This document shows, piece after piece, positions 27,149 through 38,059 of a DNA stretch of 64,000 bases. The notes beneath the pieces were generated by a model that was given only the letters and a program-made list of their open reading frames with translations, ran no database searches and was not told the origin of the DNA. Each line of letters begins with the position of its first letter. Position 1 is the stretch's first letter. Source of the DNA: Candidatus Zixiibacteriota bacterium (GTDB taxonomy: Bacteria > RBG-13-66-14 > B26-G2 > WVWN01); contig JASFLY010000005.1 of assembly GCA_050117845.1 (NCBI GenBank), positions 69,512-133,511 on the forward strand. Direction: 5' to 3'. Both the position numbers and the translations under genes were made by a program.

Positions 27149-30100
27149 ATTTGCGCGGCTTCTTGGGGCCCGGTTCGCGTTGGAGGGGGATGAGGAAGGT
27201 GAAGGTCGATCCCTCGCCCACGGTGGAGGCCGCCAGTATCCGGCCGCCGTGGGCTTCCGCCGCCCGGCGGGCGATGGTCAGGCCGAGGCCGGTGCCTCCC
27301 ACGGTGCGGGTGCTCGAGCCGTCAACCTGGTAGAAGGTCGAGAATATGCTGTTCATGTGGTCCTCGGGGATCCCCGGCCCGTCGTCGGCTACGGCTACGG
27401 CGATTTCGCTCCCCTGAACCTTCGAGGAAACCCGGACGTGGCCTCCCGAGGAGTTGAACTGGACCGCGTTTTTAACGAGGTTGCCCAGGGCGGTGGCGAT
27501 GAGGCCCGGGTCGGCGTACGTGACCGGGATGCTTTCGCCGGCTTCGAATTCCAGGCTTATCCCGCTCGTTTGGGCCAATTTCTCGTATTTGGCGATAACT
27601 TCCTCGACGATTTCGTTGACCTTCGTCGCTTCGACGCGGAGCTCGAGCTCCCTGGATTCCAACAGCGAGAAATCCAGAATGCTGTCGACGAGCTCGCGCA
27701 GCCGCCGGGCCTCCTTGTCGATGATGCTGACGAACTGGTAATATGGATATTCGCCGGAGCGTTCATCCGCCATTATGAGTTCCGAGCTGCCGATGATGGA
27801 TGTCAACGGCGTCCGCAGTTCGTGGCTGACGTTGGCGATGAAGTTCTCCTTGAGGAGCGTCAACTCCTTGGCCTCGGTCACGTCCCGGAACGTGGCGACG
27901 AAACCGACCTTCTCGCCGGTGGGGCTCGTCACGGCGTTGACCAGTACGCGGTAGTAACCGGTCGCGCCGTCGCCGTCCGTGGCGTCCACCACGAACTCGA
28001 ATTCCGCGGCGTCGTGCTCCCGGAGCCTCACGGTCGCCTGCTCGAAGGTCTCGTGGAGAGTGGGCGTTTCGATGACCGACCGGACGTGCCGGTTCACGAC
28101 TTCGCGGGCCTTCCGCCCCAGCATCTTTTCGGCGGCCGGGTTGACCTCTATGACGCGCAGGCCGGTGTCGGTAACGATGATGGCGTCGGCGATGCTGGCG
28201 AAGGTCGCGTCCAGTTTGCGCCGGTGCTCCTCGGCGGTGGATACGGACGAGAGGACCCGGTCGAAGAGGCGGGCGTTCTCTATCGACCCCGCGACCTGGC
28301 CCGCGAAGAGCGTAAGCAATTGAAGGTCGCTGTCGGTGAAGTAGTCGCCGCCGAGGCGCCCGAGCGTCATGACGCCGATGGTCTCCTCGCGCGAGAGGAG
28401 GGGGACGCAGAGCAGGGCCTCGCGCTCGTCGGCGGGCGTGCCCGGGACCGTCATGACGCGCTCGTCGGTCACCGCGTCGTTGACGTACTCGCCGACGCCG
28501 GTAAGGGCGACGTGGCCCGTTATCCCCTCGCCGAGCTTCAGCCGGATTTTCATGACCTCTTCCGGGTACGCCGTCAGGCTGACGATGGGCTCGAGCACGC
28601 CGGCGTCGCGGTCGAGCAGGAAGATGGTGCAGTTATCCCCGCCGATGAGGTCCTTCACCTTCTGCGCGATGTTGTAGATTATCTCCTCGGTGTCGAGGGA
28701 GGAGGATAGCGTTTTGGACGTCTCGAGGAGCGTCAGGAGTTCTTCCATGCGGCTCGTATTGCGCGCCAGGAGCCGGGTGTTTTCTATGAAAATGGATAAT
28801 TGGTCGCAGATGGTCCGCAGCAGACTCGTGTCCTCGGCGCGGGCGGTTTTGCCTTTCCAGGAGAAGAGAGTCAACCGGCCCAGCGTTTGTTGCTTCGCGG
28901 TCAACGGCACGGAAACGTAGCCGGTCGGGCCGCCCTCCTCCTCCGGCGGGAAGTCGAAAGGACCCTTCTCGCCGGGGCCCGCGACCGCGAAGAGTTCCGT
29001 GGGGTCGGTCAGCGCGGTCGCCCGTTCGCCCTCTATGCTTTCGAAGTCCTCCCAGGCTCGGATCTTTTTCTCATCCAGCGCGACCTGCGCGACGAGGTGG
29101 AACGACCGCCGCCGCTCCTCGTAGAGGTGGATGGCCCCCGCGTCGAAACCGGCGAACGCCAGGATTTTCTCTATCGCCGCCCGCAGGAGTTCCACCAACG
29201 GCGGGAGCCGGCTCGCGTCCGCGGCGATGGAACTCAGTATGGACAGGTAGTCCGTCTGGCGCCGGACGTTCTCAAGGTATAGGAGGTTTTCGACGCCGAT
29301 GGCGGCCTGGAACGCCACGCCCTCGAACAAGGCCCGGTCCGAGTCGGAGACGCCGGGTTCCGGCGCTTCCCACAGCGTGAAGAGAAGGCCGAGCAGCCGC
29401 CCTTTTTTCCTGAGCGGCGCGAGGGCGAGGGCCCCGACGGTGACGCCGGGGAACAGGCTGTCCCGCAGCTCCTCGTCCAGGGCGGCCACGTCGAAGATGA
29501 AGAGGGGTTTCGTACTAGCCTTGGCGTCCTCGTACAGGTTGTACCGGCCGAAGGAGAATTCGCCGGAGCGAAGGGCGTTTTCGGTCTCTGCCGGCAGGCC
29601 GGCGGCGGCCATGAACTTCCGCGGCTCATCCTCGTCGTCGACGAGGAACAGAGCCGTCGCGTCGGAGTCCATCACCGTGTTCGTTTCCTCGACCAGGAAT
29701 TCCAGCGACTGGTCGAGGTCCACGGTCTGGCTGATTATATGGCTGATGTGAAGCAGCGTCTGGGCGTCGCTGGTGGCGTCCTGCTCCTTCGCGAGGAGGC
29801 TGACGTTCTGGATGGCGAGCGCGAGCTGGTCGGCGAAGGTCTGGAGGATTTCGACGTCCGTTTCGGAGAGCGCGCCCGTCTCGTTTTCCTGGACATCCAG
29901 AACGCCGGCGACGACGTCGCCTATTTTGATGGGGATGCACAATTCCGACCGCTGTTCCCCCGGTATCGGGTCCGGCGTGTAGCGTTCGTCCTTGAAGGCG
30001 TCGTTGGAGAGAACGACCTTCCCCTCGGCGGCCGCCCATCCCACGAGGCCGACGCCCGCGGTGACGTGGGGCAGGGTCCAATCCTGTAGGGCTTTTTCGT

Positions 30101-31844
30101 ACGCGCCCTCGATTACGGCCGCGTTGAGAGTCTCCGGGTCGTCGGGGTTAACCAGGAAGACGGCGACGTTGTAATACTTGAAATGATTCCGAATGGCCGC
30201 GGCGGCGGATTTCAACAGGCTCGAGATGTCGCGGGAGGCCAGTATCTCCCGGCCTATACCGCCGATCATGGCGAGTTCGCGCGCCCTTTTACGCTCTTCA
30301 CGCAGGAGTTCCGAATTCTCCAGCGTGACCCCTATCTGGTCGGTGAGGGTTTCGAGCATGAGGACGTCGCTCTCGCCGAAGGCGTGCAGGCGGCGGCTCT
30401 GAACGTCTATTACGGCGGCCACCTCGCCCCGTTTCAGCACCGGAACGCATATTTCGGACTTAGTTTCGCGGCTGGGGAGGGTCGTGGCGAAGAACCTGCC
30501 GTCCTGGGTGGTGTCGTTCACGAATATCGTATTTTTCTCCCGGACCGCGGCGCCTATTAAACCGTCTTCCAGCCGTTGACGATGGCCGATGGGCAGGTGG
30601 GATGCGTATCCCCCGACGATGGCCTCGAGGTAGAGTTCGCGCCGGCCGGCGTCGACGGAGAAAAGCATTACGCTGTAATAATCGAAATTGGACCGGATGG
30701 CTTCGGCGATTTCCTTGTAGAGTTCGCGGGTCGACGGCGCCAAAAACGCCTTTTTGCCTATTTCGTTGATGAGGGTGAATTGGCGGGAGAGTTTTGTCTC
30801 GGCCTCCAGACGGCGGGAAAGGCCGTAGGCCGCCGCGGCGCACGCGGCGAGCGAATCGACGAAGAAAATGTCTTCGGCCTCGAAGGCGTTCGGCGTATCG
30901 CTCCCCAGGCACACGACGCCGACGGCCTCATCGCCGAGTAGTACCGGAACGGCGAGGAGGGAGCCGCCGCCCGCCGCCTCCTCGGTCATCCGGCCGGCCG
31001 CCCCGGTAGAAACGTCCGCCACCCGTACCGGCTGTGCTTTGTGCATAGCCTCGTGCGCGATGCTGTCCGCGAAGGTCTCGGCGACCAGCCGCGCCTCCTC
31101 CGGCGAATACCCGAATACGGCCACCTGTTCCACGGCCCCGCTCGTGTCGTCGTACCGGTAAACCGCCCCGCGGTCGGAGGGCACGCCCCGCCGGACCTCT
31201 TCGAGGAGTTGCTCGAGCGAGGCGGCCGGCGTCCCGGCGGCGGCGAAAATAGGCGCGGAACCGACGGCCGCGTGCAGGCGCTCGTTTTCCCATCTCAACC
31301 GGTCCCGTTCCGCGACCACGTCCTCGCGGGCTCCGATGGCGGCGAGGGCCGCCGATATTTCGTCGGCCAGCGCCAGGCATTCCGCCTCTTCCTCCGGCGA
31401 GAACCCGCCGCGGGCCGCGTCCTTTATAATAAGCGTGACGCCGTTGACGGCGTCGTCGCTCCGGAGGGGTAGGGCGATGAGGGGGCTGCCGGCGTACTCT
31501 TCGAGGAGCGGAATGTCGCGGAGGCTTTCGGCGCCGGCCGCCGGAAGGTTGAGAGGCCGGGCCGTGCGGTAGGCCTTGACGACGACGTTCTCGTTCTGGG
31601 GGGTGAAGGCGAACTGGCGGTACTTGCCGGATTTCCTGGTACTCAAACCAATCTCTATAGGCGAATCCTCTTTGCCGGCGAAGACCGCGCACGCGTCGGC
31701 GTCGAAATAGTCGGTGAGGCCGTTCGTCACCAGCGGGAGCAACTCGGCGCGGGAGCCCGCTCTTCGGATGCGGGATTTGAATTCCCGGAAATCCATCGGG
31801 CCGGCCTCCCCGGCCGCCCCGGCGCTGTCGTTTTGGCTCGTCAT
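27147..31844 (-). CDS. Cytoplasmic sensor histidine kinase with about 7 GAF domains and a PAS domain
   Basis: Repeated GAF motifs; 'VSHELRTPL', 'NLVKNA', 'DDGPGI', 'GGTGLGL'. Start assigned to ATG 31844. Confidence 0.9.
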   Translation of the reverse strand: MTSQNDSAGAAGEAGPMDFREFKSRIRRAGSRAELLPLVTNGLTDYFDADACAVFAGKEDSPIEIGLSTRKSGKYRQFAFTPQNENVVVKAYRTARPLNLPAAGAESLRDIPLLEEYAGSPLIALPLRSDDAVNGVTLIIKDAARGGFSPEEEAECLALADEISAALAAIGAREDVVAERDRLRWENERLHAAVGSAPIFAAAGTPAASLEQLLEEVRRGVPSDRGAVYRYDDTSGAVEQVAVFGYSPEEARLVAETFADSIAHEAMHKAQPVRVADVSTGAAGRMTEEAAGGGSLLAVPVLLGDEAVGVVCLGSDTPNAFEAEDIFFVDSLAACAAAAYGLSRRLEAETKLSRQFTLINEIGKKAFLAPSTRELYKEIAEAIRSNFDYYSVMLFSVDAGRRELYLEAIVGGYASHLPIGHRQRLEDGLIGAAVREKNTIFVNDTTQDGRFFATTLPSRETKSEICVPVLKRGEVAAVIDVQSRRLHAFGESDVLMLETLTDQIGVTLENSELLREERKRARELAMIGGIGREILASRDISSLLKSAAAAIRNHFKYYNVAVFLVNPDDPETLNAAVIEGAYEKALQDWTLPHVTAGVGLVGWAAAEGKVVLSNDAFKDERYTPDPIPGEQRSELCIPIKIGDVVAGVLDVQENETGALSETDVEILQTFADQLALAIQNVSLLAKEQDATSDAQTLLHISHIISQTVDLDQSLEFLVEETNTVMDSDATALFLVDDEDEPRKFMAAAGLPAETENALRSGEFSFGRYNLYEDAKASTKPLFIFDVAALDEELRDSLFPGVTVGALALAPLRKKGRLLGLLFTLWEAPEPGVSDSDRALFEGVAFQAAIGVENLLYLENVRRQTDYLSILSSIAADASRLPPLVELLRAAIEKILAFAGFDAGAIHLYEERRRSFHLVAQVALDEKKIRAWEDFESIEGERATALTDPTELFAVAGPGEKGPFDFPPEEEGGPTGYVSVPLTAKQQTLGRLTLFSWKGKTARAEDTSLLRTICDQLSIFIENTRLLARNTSRMEELLTLLETSKTLSSSLDTEEIIYNIAQKVKDLIGGDNCTIFLLDRDAGVLEPIVSLTAYPEEVMKIRLKLGEGITGHVALTGVGEYVNDAVTDERVMTVPGTPADEREALLCVPLLSREETIGVMTLGRLGGDYFTDSDLQLLTLFAGQVAGSIENARLFDRVLSSVSTAEEHRRKLDATFASIADAIIVTDTGLRVIEVNPAAEKMLGRKAREVVNRHVRSVIETPTLHETFEQATVRLREHDAAEFEFVVDATDGDGATGYYRVLVNAVTSPTGEKVGFVATFRDVTEAKELTLLKENFIANVSHELRTPLTSIIGSSELIMADERSGEYPYYQFVSIIDKEARRLRELVDSILDFSLLESRELELRVEATKVNEIVEEVIAKYEKLAQTSGISLEFEAGESIPVTYADPGLIATALGNLVKNAVQFNSSGGHVRVSSKVQGSEIAVAVADDGPGIPEDHMNSIFSTFYQVDGSSTRTVGGTGLGLTIARRAAEAHGGRILAASTVGEGSTFTFLIPLQREPGPKKPRK

Positions 31845-32025
31845 CAGTCGGGCGTTCCCTAATCCCAATTGTAACCTCGCCGTAGTAAATTTCAAGGTAT
31901 TTTTACGGAACCGTCGATTAAGGTCCCGGCCCCGTTTTAAAAAGCCTTGATTTCTCCTATTGAAAAGTATACCATAAGCGCCACCTACGCCTTGAACCCC
32001 GTTCTTTGATAGGAGGTAGCCCGTT

Positions 32026-33516
32026 ATGTCCCACCATTTTAACAATTATATAGCCGGAGAGTGGAAACCCGCCAGGTCCGGCAAGACCATAGAAAACCGT
32101 AATCCGGCGGACTCCGACGATCTGATCGGCGTTTTTCCCGATTCCGACGAAGAGGATTTGAACGAGGCCGTCGCCGCGGCGCGCGAGGCGTACCCCGTCT
32201 GGCGGAAGACGCCGGCGCCGATTCGGGCGCTCAAGATACAGCGCGTCGGCGAACTCATGCGCGAGCGCAAGGAAGAGATCTCCCAGCAGATGACCCGGGA
32301 GATGGGGAAGGTCATCGCCGAGACCCGGGGCGATACCCAGGAGGGCGTCGATACCGCGTTCTATATGGCGGGCGAGGGGCGGCGCCTCTTCGGCATCACG
32401 ACGCCGGTGGAGCTGCCCAACAAGTTCGGGATGGCGGTGCGCCGGCCGGTCGGCGTCGCGGGCCTCATCACTCCCTGGAACTTCCCGATGGCCATCCCCA
32501 CCTGGAAGACGTTCCCCGCGCTGGTCGCCGGGAACACCGCCGTGATAAAGCCGGCCACCTTCACGCCGGCCACGGTCTGTGAGCTGGGCCGCCTGCTCGA
32601 GGACGCCGGCGTCCCGCCGGGAGTGTTCAACATCGTATGCGGCCGCGGGTCGGCCGTGGGCGAGGCCATACTCCATCATTCCGACATCAACGTCGTCTCC
32701 TTCACCGGCTCGAGCGCCATAGGACGGCGCATCAACGAGGTCGGCGGCAAGAACCTCAAACGGGTGTCGCTCGAGCTCGGCGGCAAGAACGCCCAGATAG
32801 TGCTGGACGACGCGGACCTCGAGCTCGCGCTGGAGGGCGTGTTGTGGGGCGCCTTCGGTACCACCGGCCAACGCTGCACCGCGACCAGCCGCCTCATCAT
32901 CCAGGAGAAGGTTCACGACAAGCTGGTCCAGATGCTGGTTGACGCCGCCGGCAAACTGAAGCTCGGCGACGGCCGCGACGAGTCGGTCCAGGTCGGGCCG
33001 CTGGTCAGCGAGGACCAGCGCAAGGTCGTCCACTCCTACGTCGAAATAGGTAAGGAGGAGGGCGCGGAACTCGCGCTCGGCGGCGAAGCGTATACGGAGG
33101 GCGCCTGCGCCAAGGGCTTCTTCTACCGGCCCACCGTCTTCACGGGCGTCACGCCGACGATGCGTATAGCCCGCGAGGAGATCTTCGGCCCCGTCCTCTC
33201 GGTCATAAAGGTGAAGGACGCGGCCGAGGCCGTCGCCGTCCTCAACGATACCAGCTACGGCCTGTCGAGTTCTATCTACACCCGCGACGTGAATCTGGCG
33301 TTCCGGGCCATCGAGGACATCGAGGCCGGCATCACCTACGTCAACGGCCCCACCATCGGCGCCGAGGTGCACCTGCCCTTCGGCGGCGTCAAGGACACCG
33401 GCAACGGCCACCGCGAGGGGTCCTTCACCGCGTTCGACGTATTCACCGAGTGGAAGTCCGTCTACGTGGACTACTCCGGCCGGTTGCAACGCGCGCAAAT
33501 CGACGTGGAGGAGTAG
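32026..33516 (+). CDS. Aldehyde dehydrogenase
   Basis: 'ITPWNFP', 'FTGS', 'LELGGKN', 'GQRCT', 'EEIFGP'. Confidence 0.95.
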   Translation: MSHHFNNYIAGEWKPARSGKTIENRNPADSDDLIGVFPDSDEEDLNEAVAAAREAYPVWRKTPAPIRALKIQRVGELMRERKEEISQQMTREMGKVIAETRGDTQEGVDTAFYMAGEGRRLFGITTPVELPNKFGMAVRRPVGVAGLITPWNFPMAIPTWKTFPALVAGNTAVIKPATFTPATVCELGRLLEDAGVPPGVFNIVCGRGSAVGEAILHHSDINVVSFTGSSAIGRRINEVGGKNLKRVSLELGGKNAQIVLDDADLELALEGVLWGAFGTTGQRCTATSRLIIQEKVHDKLVQMLVDAAGKLKLGDGRDESVQVGPLVSEDQRKVVHSYVEIGKEEGAELALGGEAYTEGACAKGFFYRPTVFTGVTPTMRIAREEIFGPVLSVIKVKDAAEAVAVLNDTSYGLSSSIYTRDVNLAFRAIEDIEAGITYVNGPTIGAEVHLPFGGVKDTGNGHREGSFTAFDVFTEWKSVYVDYSGRLQRAQIDVEE

Positions 33517-33589
33517 AGCCCTCCGCAAGGCCGCGATATTTCCGACGGGGCGGCCTCCTGGCCGCCCCGCCGCTTTGGGATAACGGGAA

Positions 33590-34846
33590 ATGGACGTCTT
33601 CATATTCCTGACCGATATTTTAGGCCGGACGGTCTACGCCGGCGGCCGGCGTTGGGGCCGGACCGTGGACTTCGCCGCCGACGGGTCGCACACCTATCCC
33701 CGGATAGGTTATTTCGTATGCAGGCCGCGCCGCGGCCGGCGCCGCGTGCGGGTGCTGTGGGAGGCCGTGGACCGGATGGAGGGGCGCGGCGTCTTCCTGC
33801 GCGACGGCGCGGGGGCCGAGTTCGAGCCCTTCGAGCGGCGCGAGGACGAGGTCCTGCTCGTCGCGGACCTTCTGGATCGGCAGGTAGTCGACGTCAACGG
33901 CGCCAAGGTCGAGCGGGTGAACGACGTTCACCTGTTGAATACCGACACCGACCTGCGCGTCGTCCACGCCGATACGGGGGCCCGGGGATTCCTGCGGCGG
34001 CTGGGCGTCCTACGCGCTTTCGACGCCCTCACAACCTGGCTTTTCGATTACAAGATAAAGGAGCAGTTCATCAATTGGCGTTTCGTCCAGCCGCTGGGCG
34101 AGCAGCTCGGCGCGACGCCGGTGCAGCTCAACGTCGCGGGACAGCGGCTCGCCGTCCTGCACCCGGCCGACCTGGCCGACATCATCGAGGACTTGCCCCA
34201 GCCCGAACGGGCCGTGATATTCGCGTCGCTGGACGACGACGTGGCGGCCGAAATACTGGAAGAGGTGGACGAGCCCGAGCTGGCCGTGGACCTGCTCGAG
34301 ACGGTGGGGGAGGAGCGGGCCGGCGACATCCTGGAGGAGATGGACCCCGACGAGGCGGCCGACGTCCTGGCCGAGCTCGACGAGGGCAAGGCCCGGGAGC
34401 TGATAGGCGCGCTGGACGACCCGGAGCTGGCCGAGGACCTGCGCGAACTCATGGCCCAGGAGGAGGGAACCGCCGGCGCCATAATGACGACGGAGTACGT
34501 CGAGATAGGGCGGAGCGACCCGGTGGCCGAGGCGTTCAAGGTGATAAAGGCCGACGAGGACGTCGAGGCCTATACCTACGTCTACGTCGTGGACGAGGGG
34601 GAACTTATCGGCGTGATTTCGCTCCGCGACGCTTTGGTCGCCCCGGCCGAGACGCCGGCCGGCGCGCTCATGTCGGACCGCGTAGTCGCGGCCAAACTGG
34701 ACGACCGGCCCGCTCGCATCTTCGAGCTGTTCGGGAAGTACGGCTTCTCCGCGCTCCCCGTGGTGGACGACGAACGCAAACTCCGGGGCGTCATAATGCT
34801 CTACGACGCCGTGGCGGCGATGTATCCCGACTTCGAGAAGGAATAG
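33590..34846 (+). CDS. PRC + MgtE-N + CBS domain protein
   Basis: 'LLDRQVVDVNG', 'LHPADLADI', 'TAGAIMT', CBS pair; no TM domain. Confidence 0.88.
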   Translation: MDVFIFLTDILGRTVYAGGRRWGRTVDFAADGSHTYPRIGYFVCRPRRGRRRVRVLWEAVDRMEGRGVFLRDGAGAEFEPFERREDEVLLVADLLDRQVVDVNGAKVERVNDVHLLNTDTDLRVVHADTGARGFLRRLGVLRAFDALTTWLFDYKIKEQFINWRFVQPLGEQLGATPVQLNVAGQRLAVLHPADLADIIEDLPQPERAVIFASLDDDVAAEILEEVDEPELAVDLLETVGEERAGDILEEMDPDEAADVLAELDEGKARELIGALDDPELAEDLRELMAQEEGTAGAIMTTEYVEIGRSDPVAEAFKVIKADEDVEAYTYVYVVDEGELIGVISLRDALVAPAETPAGALMSDRVVAAKLDDRPARIFELFGKYGFSALPVVDDERKLRGVIMLYDAVAAMYPDFEKE

Positions 34847-34855
34847 TACACGACG

Positions 34856-36118
34856 GTGGCCTTCAAGTTCAAACCCGGTACCTGGCTCACGCCGCGCGTC
34901 AAGGGCTTCGCGCTCTTTCTGGCGCTACTCGGCCCCGGCATCATCACGTCCAACGTGGACAACGACGCCGGCGGCATCGCCACCTATTCCATGTGCGGCG
35001 CCCATTTCGGCTACAAGATGCTCTGGGCCTTCGTTCCCATCACCGTATTCCTCATCGTCGTGCAGGAGATGGGCCTGCGGATGGGCGTCGTGACCGGCCG
35101 GGGGCTGTCGGACCTAATTCGCGAGCGCTTCGGCGTCCGGATAACCTTCTACCTGATGCTGGCGATGCTCGTCATCAACCTCGGCAATACCGTCGCGGAG
35201 TTCGCCGGCGTGGCCGCGAGCCTCGGCATCGTGGGCGTCAGCAAATACGTGGCGGTCCCCGTCGCCGCGGCGGCCCTCTGGCTCCTCGTCGTGAAGTGGA
35301 ACTACAAACGGGTCGAGAAGCTCTTTTTGGTGGCCTGCGTGGTCTACGTGGCGTACGTCGTCGCCGGCTTCATCTCCCGACCTTCCTGGGGCGACGTGGC
35401 CCGGAGCGTCGCCGTCCCCGAGCTGTCGTTCGACGGCGCCTACGTCGCGATGCTTATAGGCCTCGTGGGTACGACGGTCGCGCCCTGGATGCAGTTCTAC
35501 CTCCAGGCCGCGGTGGTCGAGAAGGGCGTCAAGATAAGCGAGTACCACCTCTCGCGGTGGGACGTGATAATCGGCTCCGTGGCCGTGAGCGTCGTGGCCT
35601 TCTTCATCGTCGTCGTCTGCGGCGCCACCCTCTTCCCGGAGGGCATCGTCATAACCGACGCCGTCGACGCCGCGCTGGCCCTCAAGCCCCTCGCCGGCGA
35701 GTACGCCACCTTCCTCTTCGGCTTCGGCCTGTTGAACGCGTCGCTCTTCGCCGCGTCCATCCTGCCGCTCGCGACGGCCTTCTTTATCTCCGAGGCCTTC
35801 GGCTGGGAGGCCGGCGTCGACAAGAAGTTCGCCGAGGCGCCGGGCTTCTACTCGCTGTACACCGCCATCCTCGCGGTGGGGGCGCTCGTCGTCCTCTGGC
35901 CGGGCGCGCCGCTCTTCGACATCATGTACTGGTCCCAGGTCATCAACGGCGTCGCGCTGCCAGTCGTCATCCTCTTCATGTTGATATTGATTAACGACCG
36001 GCGGCTGATGGGCCGGTACGTCAACAACCCCTTCCAGAACATCATCTCCGGCGTGGTGGCGGCCGTCCTCACCGCCCTGTCCGTCGCGATGGTGGTCATC
36101 TCCATCACCGGCTCGTGA
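34856..36118 (+). CDS. NRAMP-family divalent cation (probably Mg2+) transporter
   Basis: 'GPGIIT..VDNDAGGI', 'GTTVAPWMQF'. Confidence 0.9.
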   Translation: MAFKFKPGTWLTPRVKGFALFLALLGPGIITSNVDNDAGGIATYSMCGAHFGYKMLWAFVPITVFLIVVQEMGLRMGVVTGRGLSDLIRERFGVRITFYLMLAMLVINLGNTVAEFAGVAASLGIVGVSKYVAVPVAAAALWLLVVKWNYKRVEKLFLVACVVYVAYVVAGFISRPSWGDVARSVAVPELSFDGAYVAMLIGLVGTTVAPWMQFYLQAAVVEKGVKISEYHLSRWDVIIGSVAVSVVAFFIVVVCGATLFPEGIVITDAVDAALALKPLAGEYATFLFGFGLLNASLFAASILPLATAFFISEAFGWEAGVDKKFAEAPGFYSLYTAILAVGALVVLWPGAPLFDIMYWSQVINGVALPVVILFMLILINDRRLMGRYVNNPFQNIISGVVAAVLTALSVAMVVISITGS

Positions 36119-37131
36119 CGGCGTACCCCAAATTCCTCCCGGCCTCCGCGGCCCGGCGCTTCACCTCCGACCCGGCGCGCTGGCTGATGCGGGCCCGCTC
36201 GCCGCTGGTGCGCTACCGCACCGCCGTGGACCTTTTGGCCTGGCCGCCGGATTCGCCCGAGGCCGCGGCCCTCTGGGCCCAGCGCCACGAGGACGCGGAC
36301 GTGCAGGCCGTAATGGAGGGCCGGGGCGACGACGGCCTGTGGCGCGCCCCCGAGGCGCTGTACCGCCGCGGGGACGGCCTCTACGTCCCGCGTTTCCGGG
36401 CTACCGTATGGCAGATGCCGCTCTTCGCCGACTGGGGATTTCCGGCCGAGGAGCCGGCGGTGGCGCCGGCGGTCGAGGCGCTTTTGGGCCGACGCACCGA
36501 CGACGGCTTTTTCGAGCTGGCGGCCGGCGGGCCTACGCTCTTCGGCAACGCGCTGGTCGCGAGTTCGCTTTCGAGGCTCGGCGTCCCGGCCGGCGAACTC
36601 GCGGGAGTCCGGGCCTGGCTCGCCGCGAGGCAACGTGCCGACGGGGGATGGGCGGACCCCCTCGAACTCGCCAGCGCCGAAGCCCCGAGCACCGTCGCGA
36701 CGACGGCGGAGGTCCTCCGGGCTCTGGGCGCGGAGGGGGGAGAGGCGGCCCGCCGCGGCCTGGACTACCTGCGGGATAATTTCTTCACCGAGTACAACGG
36801 CCGTTTCCCGCAGTCCGCGCGGCCCTGGCGTCGGTTCAGCTGGCCGCAGTACAACTACGACGCGCTGTCGGTGGCGACGGCGATGCTGGAGGCGGGGGCG
36901 TCGGCGGCCGAACTCGCGCCGTTGGCCGAGGCCGTGGCCGAACTTCAGACGCGGCGCGGCTTCTGGCGCCAACAGCTCCCGTTCGGCGAGCCGGGTTGGC
37001 TCGAGCCGGTGCGCGCGGGCCGGGCGTCGCGTTGGATAACGTTCCGGGCGGCCGCGTTCCTCCTCCGCTATTACGACCTGAACCCCGAGGAAGGGGTTGC
37101 GGCGGGGGCCGATATTAATTATAATCGATAA
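36115..37131 (+). CDS. Prenyltransferase/squalene-cyclase-repeat protein
   Basis: 'WLAARQRADGGW', 'SRWITFRA'. Confidence 0.65.
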   Translation: MTAYPKFLPASAARRFTSDPARWLMRARSPLVRYRTAVDLLAWPPDSPEAAALWAQRHEDADVQAVMEGRGDDGLWRAPEALYRRGDGLYVPRFRATVWQMPLFADWGFPAEEPAVAPAVEALLGRRTDDGFFELAAGGPTLFGNALVASSLSRLGVPAGELAGVRAWLAARQRADGGWADPLELASAEAPSTVATTAEVLRALGAEGGEAARRGLDYLRDNFFTEYNGRFPQSARPWRRFSWPQYNYDALSVATAMLEAGASAAELAPLAEAVAELQTRRGFWRQQLPFGEPGWLEPVRAGRASRWITFRAAAFLLRYYDLNPEEGVAAGADINYNR

Positions 37132-37152
37132 ATTAGGCGGAAAGCCGCGCTT

Positions 37153-38040
37153 ATGATACCGGCAGTAATCAAATTAATGAGGCCCAAGCAGTGGACGAAG
37201 AACCTTATCGTCTTCGTCGCCGTCGTTTTCGCCGGGCGGGCCCTGATACTCGCGGACGCGCTCCACGCGACGTTGGGCTTCATTATATTCTGCTTCCTGT
37301 CGAGCAGCGTTTACGTGCTGAACGACGTGATGGACGCGGAACACGACCGTCTCCATCCCGACAAGAAGCACCGGCCTATCGCCTCCGGTAAAATTTCCCG
37401 GGGAGCCGGCGCGGTGCTATTTGTCGTTTTCGCCGCGGCGTCGCTTACGGCCTCGTTCTGGGTGCTCGGCTGGAAGTTCGGCGCCTGCGCCGTCACCTAT
37501 TTCGTCCTGAACCTGGCCTATTCCTTCGGCGTCAAGAAAGTGGTAATCGTCGACGTGGTCGTCATCGCCGTCGGCTTCGTCGTCCGGGCCATCGCCGGCA
37601 TCTACGCCATCCTCTCGGAGCCGGGCCAGATATCCGAGTGGCTTCTGATATGCACGTTCTTTTTGGCCCTTTTCCTCGGCTTCTCGAAGCGGCGCGGCGA
37701 GATTACCGACCTCTCGGAGAACGCGGTGGCCCACCGGCCCATCCTGGCGTCGTATTCGCCGAAGCTGATAGACGAAATAATCGCCGTCACGACGGCGTCG
37801 TCGGTAATGTCCTACTCGCTCTATACGATATGGCCCGGGACGGTCGCCCGCCTCGGCACCAATAAAATGGTTTACACCATACCGCTGGCGGTGTACGCGA
37901 TATTCCGATACCTCTATCTGATTCACAAAAAAGGGAAGGGCGCGAGTCCCTCATCCATACTCCTCCAGGACCGTCCTCTCCAGATAGATATCGTACTCTA
38001 CGTCGCGGCCGTATTCTGCATCCTGTATCTCTTAAAGTGA
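37153..38040 (+). CDS. UbiA-family decaprenyl-phosphate phosphoribosyltransferase-like
   Basis: 'MRPKQWTKN', 'YVLNDVMD...DRLHPDKKHRPIASG', 'KRRGE'. Confidence 0.9.
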   Translation: MIPAVIKLMRPKQWTKNLIVFVAVVFAGRALILADALHATLGFIIFCFLSSSVYVLNDVMDAEHDRLHPDKKHRPIASGKISRGAGAVLFVVFAAASLTASFWVLGWKFGACAVTYFVLNLAYSFGVKKVVIVDVVVIAVGFVVRAIAGIYAILSEPGQISEWLLICTFFLALFLGFSKRRGEITDLSENAVAHRPILASYSPKLIDEIIAVTTASSVMSYSLYTIWPGTVARLGTNKMVYTIPLAVYAIFRYLYLIHKKGKGASPSSILLQDRPLQIDIVLYVAAVFCILYLLK

Positions 38041-38059
38041 CCGAACCCGGAATAATTAT

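Noticed and set aside
33652..35994. Long alternative-frame and antisense ORFs (for example the 780-aa ORF here)
   Set aside because: Arg/Gly/Pro-rich shadows expected in high-GC DNA that overlaps well-supported genes.
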